Of a DNA stretch of 54,354 nt, positions 44,257 through 52,280 are shown piece by piece. The notes beneath the pieces are model-generated. The model did not search any database. It was not told where the DNA came from and was given only the letters and a program-made list of their open reading frames with translations. The first letter of the stretch is position 1. Every line of letters begins with the position of its first letter. The stretch covers positions 1 through 54,354 of IMG/VR virus record IMGVR_UViG_2541047692_000008. One strand, 5' to 3'. The position numbers and the translations under genes are program-made. Source of the DNA: a virus. Its lineage: Duplodnaviria; Heunggongvirae; Uroviricota; Caudoviricetes.

Positions 44257-44604
44257 TTATTTATCGAATGCTGAAAGGTTATCGATACAGAAATCTTTCG
44301 CCGCTTTTTCGTATTCGCGTTTTGCTTCTGGATCGTCAGCCGGGAAACCTTTTGCGTGTATTTCACCAGGGCAAGACTGGTCCATAGAATCTGCATAATA
44401 AGCAGTGAAGCTACCATTAATATCTTTCGGGTTCATATCTTCCACCTCATCAACTATCTGTACCGGATTAGCAGCATATTTCACTGGATGGCCTAAACTA
44501 CATTCAAGAATCCTGCCTTCTTCCAGGGCTACTTCTTCGCTATCAAATAATCCGAAACACTCCTTGCTACCACTTAACCACACATCAAGACTGTATTTTT
44601 TCAT
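44257..44604 (-). CDS. Hypothetical acidic protein (115 aa)
   Basis: Track ORF 44257..44706; ATG 44604 (MKKYSLDVW...) overlaps upstream gene end by 20 nt. Confidence 0.45.
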   Translation of the reverse strand: MKKYSLDVWLSGSKECFGLFDSEEVALEEGRILECSLGHPVKYAANPVQIVDEVEDMNPKDINGSFTAYYADSMDQSCPGEIHAKGFPADDPEAKREYEKAAKDFCIDNLSAFDK

Positions 44605-44773
44605 TTTTGTTAGCCTCATATTTGACAGGTTCGATCTGGTATCCCAAAAGGCGGTCATCCTCAGCAAGTAAAAGCGCGTCAACCAATGCTTCACCCTCGT
44701 CGTCATACAGGGCGATAACCTTTTCCCTACCGTCTGTCATGAATACCGTCAACTTCCATAGCTTTTCAGTCAT
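44585..44773 (-). CDS. Hypothetical small acidic protein (62 aa)
   Basis: Track ORF 44585..44893; ATG 44773 preceded by ggaggtg RBS; MTEKLWKLTVFMTDGREKVIALYDDEGEALVDALLLAEDDRLLGYQIEP... Confidence 0.5.
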   Translation of the reverse strand: MTEKLWKLTVFMTDGREKVIALYDDEGEALVDALLLAEDDRLLGYQIEPVKYEANKNEKIQS

Positions 44774-44868
44774 AACGCACCTCCGCGCCATTTTGTTAAC
44801 TATGCTTCCGTTTGAGTAAAATATACATATTGTAAAAACCGCGATCAATCCATTTTGGTATGATTTAG

Positions 44869-44884
44869 CGTGACGCAGATCACA
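44869..44884. promoter_or_regulatory. GTGA-N6-TCACA palindrome with GATC
   Basis: cgtgacgcagatcaca in the intergenic region between the minus-strand cassette and gene L. Confidence 0.35.
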
Positions 44885-44902
44885 GAATGACAAGGTGAGA
44901 AA

Positions 44903-45607
44903 ATGCGCAATATTCCGAGAGAAATGATTATTGATTCCGTCGATGCCGGAGTCGGCGCGGTAATTGACTTGTTTGAATTAGACCTCACGCCCCTGGGTGG
45001 CGAGGTTATCCGCTTCCATTCCGGCGTGAATGGCTATTACGGCCCGGTTATCTGGAAGGGGGTGGCTTACAACAGCTACCCTATCGAGGCCACTGGCTTC
45101 GAAATGAAAAACGAGGGTGTCTATTCACGCCCGCAAATGGTTGTAGCCAACATTGGCGGCCTAATCACCGGGATGAATAACGATTTCAACGACCTGCGAG
45201 GAATGAAAGTTACACGCCGCCAGGTGGAAGTAAAATACCTGGACGCCATCAACTTCCCCAACGGCAACCCGGATGCAGATCCGTCTATCGAGGCGGTGTC
45301 TTTTTACGTCGTTGAGGCGATGAGCGAAGAAACAGCCGACCAGGTGCAATATGAGCTGTCAACGCCAATTGATGCTGACAAGGCGGTTATCCCAGGGCGC
45401 ACAATCCTTGCTGACGTTTGCCAATGGCAATATCGCGGCGACGGTTGCGGATACAGTGGCGGCCCTGTAGCTACTGATAAAGACGAATCGACCAGCGATC
45501 CAAAGCTGGATAAATGCAGCCACCGCCTGAGCGGTTGCCGTTTACGTTTCCCGCGCCCGAATCCGTTACCAATTTCATGTTTCCCAGGATCGAGCAAGGT
45601 GGGTTGA
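44903..45607 (+). CDS. Minor tail protein L (lambda gpL-like)
   Basis: 234 aa; C-terminal Cys cluster ...CQWQYRGDGCGY...CSHRLSGC as in lambda L. Confidence 0.85.
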   Translation: MRNIPREMIIDSVDAGVGAVIDLFELDLTPLGGEVIRFHSGVNGYYGPVIWKGVAYNSYPIEATGFEMKNEGVYSRPQMVVANIGGLITGMNNDFNDLRGMKVTRRQVEVKYLDAINFPNGNPDADPSIEAVSFYVVEAMSEETADQVQYELSTPIDADKAVIPGRTILADVCQWQYRGDGCGYSGGPVATDKDESTSDPKLDKCSHRLSGCRLRFPRPNPLPISCFPGSSKVG

Positions 45608-45609
45608 TT

Positions 45610-46341
45610 ATGGCACTTGAAGATAAAATGATTCGCTATGCAGCAGCCCACCCGCGCGAGGAAGTGTGCGGGCTGGTGATAGATAACGATTATTTTTACC
45701 CGTGCGCTAACGTGTCTGAAACGCCGCACAACAGCTTTAAAATCTCGCCTGACGATTATATCAAAGCTGACGAATTGGGCGTTATAACAGCCGTTTTCCA
45801 CTCTCACGTTGAAGATATTCCGGTATTGTCGGCACGGGATCGACAACAGCAGGTTATTTCCGGCCTGCCGTGGTTTTTATGTTCCGGTGGCATGGTGAGG
45901 AAATTCCGCCCGGTGGCGCACCTGTTAGGCCGTAAATTTGAACACGGGAAAACAGATTGCTACTCGCTTTTTCGTGACGCCTATCACCTTTGCGGCGTGG
46001 ATCTGCCTGACTTTGAACGCCACGATGGGTGGTGGCTGCGTGGGGAAAACCTGTACATAAAAAACCTGCCATTGAACGGGTTTTTCATGGTTGATGCGCA
46101 AAGCATTCAGCCTGGTGACGTGATTATTCGCCAGCCGTTCAAGGGTGCTGACCCATGTCACGCGATGATTTACCTGGGCGATAACACTGTTTTGCATCAT
46201 GACAATGCCGGACTGCTAAGCCGCCGCGAGCAAATGCGGCCCGCGTATGTTCGACAAACGCATTCAATATGGAGATCTGACAAATGCTCAAATTTAGATT
46301 TACGGGCAATCTTCGAAGATATTACGGCAAAGTGTGTTTAA
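45610..46341 (+). CDS. Tail assembly protein K (lambda gpK-like, JAB/MPN + NlpC/P60)
   Basis: Track ORF 45514..46341; ATG 45610; HSH..D metal-binding pattern and C...H cysteine peptidase-like C-terminal domain. Confidence 0.8.
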   Translation: MALEDKMIRYAAAHPREEVCGLVIDNDYFYPCANVSETPHNSFKISPDDYIKADELGVITAVFHSHVEDIPVLSARDRQQQVISGLPWFLCSGGMVRKFRPVAHLLGRKFEHGKTDCYSLFRDAYHLCGVDLPDFERHDGWWLRGENLYIKNLPLNGFFMVDAQSIQPGDVIIRQPFKGADPCHAMIYLGDNTVLHHDNAGLLSRREQMRPAYVRQTHSIWRSDKCSNLDLRAIFEDITAKCV

Positions 46342-46814
46342 ACGTTGATACGCCAGCACAAGGACTTAGCCTATTGACCGCGCAGAATCAGGAGTTCAAG
46401 AAGGCTTTTTTAAATACACCTTTGCGGTTACGGATTGCCGGGAAAGATTATAACGAAAAGACGGCCCCGGCAGCGGTTAATAGTAAATACCCTGACGGAA
46501 CTACCGTCATTATTGCGCCAGTAGTTGAAGGCGGTATTGCTGGGATTGGTGTTGTAGGCTGGATCCTGATTGGTGTTTCGGTGGTTAGCGTTGCGTTCTC
46601 AATCTTTATGTCCCGCAACATGAAGATAAAAACATCGGCAGAAAGCGCACAAGATAACACCATAACGAACAACACCTACACCAGCATTGAAAACAAGGTG
46701 GGCCAGGGTAGACCAGTGCCAATACTATTAGGTGAAATGAAAATAGGTTCAAACGTCGGATCGTTAGGCATAGACACAAGCAACAATAGAGACGCCTTAG
46801 ACGTTGTAAGTTAA
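46284..46814 (+). CDS. Tail assembly protein I (lambda gpI-like)
   Basis: 176 aa; ubiquitin-like N-terminal region and hydrophobic segment; position between K and J. Confidence 0.75.
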   Translation: MLKFRFTGNLRRYYGKVCLNVDTPAQGLSLLTAQNQEFKKAFLNTPLRLRIAGKDYNEKTAPAAVNSKYPDGTTVIIAPVVEGGIAGIGVVGWILIGVSVVSVAFSIFMSRNMKIKTSAESAQDNTITNNTYTSIENKVGQGRPVPILLGEMKIGSNVGSLGIDTSNNRDALDVVS

Positions 46815-46827
46815 CAGGAGAAAAACC

Positions 46828-49800
46828 ATGAGTAGCGGCGGCGGCAAAGCCAAAACACCAACATTATTGAACGATAACCTGTATCACAAACAGTTTTATC
46901 GTGTTTTAGATATTCTCAGCGAAGGGCCGATATACGGTCCGGTAAACCAGAAAGCGCCATTGAATGACGTGATGCTTAATGACACTCCTGTTACTGACGC
47001 AAACGGGAATACATCAATTCCGGGGATTAGTATAGCCTGGCGCAACGGCACGGCTGACCAATCGCCGATTAATGGTTTTAACGCCATTGAGTCAACCGTT
47101 ATTGTCAACGCAAAGGTAACTCACGACACACCAATAATCAGGACTGTTTCAGATCCAAACGTTACCCGCGTCAGGTTGAATCTTGGTGTTGATGCTCTCG
47201 TTCAGTCAGATGAAAAGGGCAATCAATATAATACATCCGTCATGTTGATGGTTGATGTTAAACCGTCATCATCTTCTACGTGGTCGCTGATTAAAGACAT
47301 ACACATTGGCCCTGGTAAACAAAGCGGTGAATACCTGGAAGCTCACATCATTAAAGCGCCGGATGAAAAACCGTTTGATATTCGCGTTCGTCGCATAACA
47401 CCAGACAGCAACGGCGATCTATTGCGGAATGATACGCGGTGGAGTAGTTACAGCGAAATAATAGATGATAATCTGTCTTATCCTCATACCGCTGTAGCTG
47501 GCGCCGTAATTGACCATGATCAGTATACTGATACGCCTACCCGCACCTATCACCTTCGCGGCCTGATTGTTGATGTGCCTGACAACTACAACCCTGAAAC
47601 GCGCACATATTCAGGTTTATGGCTTGGTGGATTTAAAAAGGCGTATACCAATAACCCTGCATGGCTTTTCCGGTATCTGGTTAAAAACGAGCGCTTTGGA
47701 CTTGCTCGACATGCTGGTTACATTGATGTTGATGATGGCGCTTTGTACGTGCTTTCTCAATACTGCGATCAGTTGGTTGATGATGGCTATGGTGGCCTTG
47801 AACCTCGCATGACGCTTAACGCTTACATTACGGAGCAAATGAGCGCCCGCGACCTACTGGATAACATCGCAGGTATGTTCCGTGGTATCGCGTTATGGGA
47901 CGGACAACGTCTTACCGTGATGATTGATGCGCCACAAGATCCAATCGCCACCATCACAAATGCAAACGTCGTTGATGGCGCGTTTACTCGTTCAAGTATC
48001 GCACGCGCAGAATGCTACAACGCCGTGATCGTATCCTGGACTGACCCTGAAAACGGCTGGGAGCAATCAAAAGAATATGTCGCAGATGATAAACTAATCG
48101 CCCGTGATGGTTATAACGAAACCACGTTGGAGGCGTTCGGTTGCACTTCACGCGGGCAAGCGCACCGCGCTGGTAAATGGCTGATCGAAACAGCGAAACG
48201 CGAGCCGTCAAAATTCACATTTAAAATGGCCCGTGACGCCATTCACTTTACGCCGGGGGATATAATCGAGATCCTCGATAATAATCGCGCAGGCGCTCGT
48301 TTAGGCGGTCGCATCGTGGCGAACAATGGCAGAGCGATCACGGTCGACAAGGTTGATTCTGAATATATCGCGGCTGGCGACACCATCAGCTTACTTGATA
48401 GCGATGGTAAATTTAAAAAACACCAGATCATCGGAGTTAACGGGAACATTATCACCCTTGCAGCCGCCCCGGCGTGGATTCGTAACGGCACTGTTTTTGC
48501 TGTATCAACCAACGCAGCAAAACCCGTTTTATGTCGAATCACCAGTGTAGCAGAAACAGAAAATAACAGCGTATACACCATCGAGGCCGCACAGCATGAT
48601 CCACATAAGCAGGCCGTAGTCGATAATGGCGCAATCTTCGAGATCAATAACGACACGCTTAATCACTTCCGCGTGCCGAACATTGAAAATCTGAAGGTGT
48701 TAAACGTTGGATCTGAAACGGTTCAATGTCGCGCAACATGGGAAACACAGACGACAACGCGTCGCCTGACCTTTGAGATTCGCGTGTATAACGCCGAAGG
48801 CGCTGTAGTTAAAAGCTACGAAACCACGAATTACAGTTATGATTTTTATGGCATTGATGCTGGCAACTACTCATTAGGCATTCGTGGCAGAAATGACACG
48901 GGCATGAAGGGTGCGGAAAGCATTGTCGATCTGGTTATTGGCGCACCAGCGGCCCCAGTTGGCGTTAATTGGGTTCCCGGTGTATTCCAGGCTACAGTTT
49001 ACCCGATCAGCAGAACAACGCTCACCACTGATACCAGTTACGAGTTTTATTACTCAGGTGAAACGCAGATCACTGATCCGGCATCAATAACCACTAAAGC
49101 ACAATATACCGGGCGTGGTCATCAGTGGACGTTTGGCGGCATGAATACAGGTCACACATATTACGTTTATGTGCGCGCGCGTAACGCTTTTGGTGTGTCT
49201 GACTTTGTGGAAGCGTCAGGTAAGCCAACAGAAAACTTTGATGAAATTACCGATTACGTCACCAAAGACGTAATGAATTCCAAACAATTTAAAGAAATGG
49301 TTGGTGACATTAAAGATCTAGGCGACCGCACTGATCTTATCGAAAGCGCTACGAATGACCTTAAAACTGCTACTGACAACCTCAAAACTGCAACTGATAA
49401 TCTGACCAACATAACTGACGATTTAAGGACTGAAACTGACAACCTAACCATAGAAACAGGATCAATAAAAGCTGATACTGATACGCTCAAAAAAGAAACG
49501 GAAGATCTTTATAAAAAAGTTAAGGAAAACGCCGATGATATTGGACAGCATGAGTCGAGAATCGACTCGCTGGAGGTGTCTAGCGAAAAAGTTGGCAGCG
49601 AACTGGCGCAAGCAAAAGCAAGTCTGCAAAACGCCTCACTTGCTCTTATTAATAACTCGCTTGCACAGACTAACACTCGCGTAACTCTTACCGCTCAGTA
49701 CAAGAAAGGCAGGACAGAGACGAAAGCGGAAATTGACCGCATTGACAACGTTATCGCTGAAGAGAAAAAAGCGACAGCGGAATCACTGGAAACCATCACG

Positions 49801-51798
49801 GCAGAAATGAATGTGATGGACACAAACCTTAAAGGTCAGATCTCTAATGTGCAACGCGCAGTAGCTGACGAGGCCAGCGCCCGCGCTGAAGCTATTAACG
49901 GTGTAAATGCCTCAATAAGCAATCTTGACAAGAAAACTGACGCCAGCGTAAACCGTCTTGATCAGGCAATTGCAGACGAAACAAGTGCGCGTACTCAGGC
50001 TATCAGCGACGTGAACGCAAGTATCTCAACACTTGACAAGAAAACTGACGCCAGCGTTAAGCGCCTCGATAATGCAATATCAGATGAAACGCAGGCAAGA
50101 AGCGACGCAATAACAGTGGTTAAAGCTGATTTAACAACGCTTGAAAATAACACAAATGCCAGTGTTAGCCGTCTTGATCAAGCTATCGCTGATGAATCAA
50201 GCGCACGTGCTCAGGCGATATCAGGTATCAGCGCGACGCTTGGCGGCGTTAAAAGTGAGGTTGATAAAAACAGCGACGAGATAGATCAGGCGAAAGCAAG
50301 TCTGCAAAACGCATCTCTGGCGCTTATTAATAACTCAATGGCGCAAAGCAAGATGAGCACTGTTATTGAGGCGAAATACAGGAAAGGACAAACAAAAACA
50401 AAAGCGGAAATAGCAAGGGTAGACACAGCAATCGCAGATGAGGCGAGCGCACGCGCAGAAGCTATTAGCAACGTTAACGCCAGCGTCAGTAGTCTTGAAA
50501 GCAAAACCGACGCGAGCGTTTCCCGTCTTGATAAAGCAATCGCAGATGAGGCGAGCGCACGCGCAGAAGCTATTAGCGGGGTTAATGCGTCAATTTCCAC
50601 GCTCGATAGCAAGGTGACAAGCAACGTAACCAGGATGGATAAAGCGATCGCAGATGAGAAGAATGCACGCACTGACGCAATCAGCAGCCTTAACTCATCG
50701 CTTACCAGTACGATTAATTCGAAAGTATCCGAAGTGTCAACTGCACTTTCTACGCATGAAACATCAAGCGCGGAAAAATTTGGCCAGATCTCGGCATCTT
50801 TCGACGATGTAAACTCAAGCATCACGGAATGGTCACAGGCTATGGCAACGGCAGACGAGGCATTGTCAACCAGAATCGACCAGTTGAAAGTAACTATTAA
50901 CGGAAACACAACGGCGATAGAAACGACATCAAAAGCACTGACTGACTTCAAAGGTAACGTTGATGCGTCATATTCAATTAAGATTGCCACTGATAAAAAC
51001 GGTATGAAATACGCTACAGGAATGTCGCTCGGCCTTACTGGTAGCGGGACTAACGTTCAATCGCAGTGTATTTTCCTCGTTGACCGTTTCGTGCTTATGA
51101 CTGCGGCAGGTGGCTCCTATCAGACCCCGTTCTATGTTACTAACGGTGCTTGCTACATCCGTGATGCGTGGATCAGAGACGCATCAATCACTACCGCGAA
51201 GATTGCGCAGCAAATTCAGTCAACCAACTATAAAGCTGGTTCGGCTGGCTGGATGCTAAATAAAAACGGCAATGCGGAGTTCAACAACGTCACTGTACGC
51301 GGTACGGTGTACGCAACATCTGGTAAATTCACTGGTGAGATTCAGGCCACAAGCGGGAAGTTTAAAGGTACAGTAGAGGCAAAGTCATTTGTCGGTGACG
51401 TTGCTAACATGGGGGTTGGTCCAGATCGAGTGCTTGGGCATAACGGAAGTTATAGCGCAACCATCACATATAAAGACAGCACGGATAATGCATTGACGAA
51501 ATCAGTTATGCTTATGGCGACTATTTCATTAATGTCTGGTGAATATAGATCCACTTATAACGTAACGTTTAGTTGCGGAGATAAAAACAAAACAATTTCA
51601 TATTACGTGCCTTATGGTGGATGCACATTAACAGTGCAATGCGCTTTTTCTGGTTTAAAAGCATCAGATATTATCGGGAAAATATATTGTCCTCAAACAT
51701 CATCATCTGAAGGATACGCATATTGTACCGCGTTGTATTCTCCAACAATGATAGTAGCAAGAGGCACCGGATCATTTAGAACATCAACGACAGCATAA
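46828..51798 (+). CDS. Tail tip host-specificity protein J (lambda gpJ-like) with inserted coiled-coil repeat region
   Basis: 1656 aa; N-terminal 900 aa closely parallel lambda J as recalled (ISEGPIYGPV, WSSYSEIIDD, YHLRGLIVDVPDNYNPETRTYSG, FGCTSRGQAHRAG); residues about 930-1300 are 40-aa tandem repeats. Confidence 0.9.
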   Translation: MSSGGGKAKTPTLLNDNLYHKQFYRVLDILSEGPIYGPVNQKAPLNDVMLNDTPVTDANGNTSIPGISIAWRNGTADQSPINGFNAIESTVIVNAKVTHDTPIIRTVSDPNVTRVRLNLGVDALVQSDEKGNQYNTSVMLMVDVKPSSSSTWSLIKDIHIGPGKQSGEYLEAHIIKAPDEKPFDIRVRRITPDSNGDLLRNDTRWSSYSEIIDDNLSYPHTAVAGAVIDHDQYTDTPTRTYHLRGLIVDVPDNYNPETRTYSGLWLGGFKKAYTNNPAWLFRYLVKNERFGLARHAGYIDVDDGALYVLSQYCDQLVDDGYGGLEPRMTLNAYITEQMSARDLLDNIAGMFRGIALWDGQRLTVMIDAPQDPIATITNANVVDGAFTRSSIARAECYNAVIVSWTDPENGWEQSKEYVADDKLIARDGYNETTLEAFGCTSRGQAHRAGKWLIETAKREPSKFTFKMARDAIHFTPGDIIEILDNNRAGARLGGRIVANNGRAITVDKVDSEYIAAGDTISLLDSDGKFKKHQIIGVNGNIITLAAAPAWIRNGTVFAVSTNAAKPVLCRITSVAETENNSVYTIEAAQHDPHKQAVVDNGAIFEINNDTLNHFRVPNIENLKVLNVGSETVQCRATWETQTTTRRLTFEIRVYNAEGAVVKSYETTNYSYDFYGIDAGNYSLGIRGRNDTGMKGAESIVDLVIGAPAAPVGVNWVPGVFQATVYPISRTTLTTDTSYEFYYSGETQITDPASITTKAQYTGRGHQWTFGGMNTGHTYYVYVRARNAFGVSDFVEASGKPTENFDEITDYVTKDVMNSKQFKEMVGDIKDLGDRTDLIESATNDLKTATDNLKTATDNLTNITDDLRTETDNLTIETGSIKADTDTLKKETEDLYKKVKENADDIGQHESRIDSLEVSSEKVGSELAQAKASLQNASLALINNSLAQTNTRVTLTAQYKKGRTETKAEIDRIDNVIAEEKKATAESLETITAEMNVMDTNLKGQISNVQRAVADEASARAEAINGVNASISNLDKKTDASVNRLDQAIADETSARTQAISDVNASISTLDKKTDASVKRLDNAISDETQARSDAITVVKADLTTLENNTNASVSRLDQAIADESSARAQAISGISATLGGVKSEVDKNSDEIDQAKASLQNASLALINNSMAQSKMSTVIEAKYRKGQTKTKAEIARVDTAIADEASARAEAISNVNASVSSLESKTDASVSRLDKAIADEASARAEAISGVNASISTLDSKVTSNVTRMDKAIADEKNARTDAISSLNSSLTSTINSKVSEVSTALSTHETSSAEKFGQISASFDDVNSSITEWSQAMATADEALSTRIDQLKVTINGNTTAIETTSKALTDFKGNVDASYSIKIATDKNGMKYATGMSLGLTGSGTNVQSQCIFLVDRFVLMTAAGGSYQTPFYVTNGACYIRDAWIRDASITTAKIAQQIQSTNYKAGSAGWMLNKNGNAEFNNVTVRGTVYATSGKFTGEIQATSGKFKGTVEAKSFVGDVANMGVGPDRVLGHNGSYSATITYKDSTDNALTKSVMLMATISLMSGEYRSTYNVTFSCGDKNKTISYYVPYGGCTLTVQCAFSGLKASDIIGKIYCPQTSSSEGYAYCTALYSPTMIVARGTGSFRTSTTA
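49600..50730. repeat. Intragenic tandem and duplicated repeats within J
   Basis: gcgaaagcaagtctgcaaaacgc at 49606 and 50290 (681 bp apart); about 120-bp periodic units encoding TDASV.RLD.AIADE.SAR..AI..VNAS. Confidence 0.75.
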
Positions 51799-51800
51799 AA

Positions 51801-51826
51801 AACGGGGCATAAGCCCCGTTTTTTTT
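51801..51826. terminator. Terminator after J
   Basis: aacggggc-ataa-gccccgtt followed by T8. Confidence 0.65.
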
Positions 51827-51837
51827 ATGCATTGTTT

Positions 51838-52083
51838 TTATTTTTTACACCCATCATTTACACCAGAAAAATGGATAGGTAAATTACATTCACTGTCAAT
51901 AATTTTACCTTGTAGTTGTTTTTCTTTCCATGAGTCAGTATTGAAATAACTCGAACGTTGGTTATCAAGGCCAGTATCACCATATTGAGCAGTGCCAGCA
52001 TCACTCTTATCTGTCGAATTTACAGAAGCAAAAGCACCAAAAGACAGAGCTGATAAGATGCAAGCAACAATTAGTTTTTTCAT
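51838..52083 (-). CDS. Small secreted protein with signal peptide (81 aa)
   Basis: Track ORF 51838..52140; ATG 52083 after aaggtga RBS; MKKLIVACILSALSFGAFASVNS signal peptide; two Cys in mature part. Confidence 0.55.
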   Translation of the reverse strand: MKKLIVACILSALSFGAFASVNSTDKSDAGTAQYGDTGLDNQRSSYFNTDSWKEKQLQGKIIDSECNLPIHFSGVNDGCKK

Positions 52084-52219
52084 TGTATTCACCTTACTGT
52101 TTGTTTTACTGTCATTTGTTGTTCGTGATGATCCACCCATCCGATGAGCAAATCACCGCAGAAGCTATCATTTCGTATGTTGATATAGATCAAAAAATAC
52201 ATTATGTATAAACCAAAAG

Positions 52220-52235
52220 TGTAACACAGATCACA
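52220..52235. promoter_or_regulatory. TGTAA-N6-TCACA palindrome with GATC upstream of tail fibre gene
   Basis: tgtaacacagatcaca followed by caaaatgg motif. Confidence 0.35.
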
Positions 52236-52280
52236 AAATGGTAGAATTGTTTAGTTAATTAACAAAACGGAGTTATTGCG

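Noticed and set aside
50286-50990. 234 aa minus-strand ORF rich in Ala/Ser/Leu inside the J repeat region.
   Set aside because: Antisense translation of the repetitive coiled-coil coding sequence; low-complexity product with no start context.
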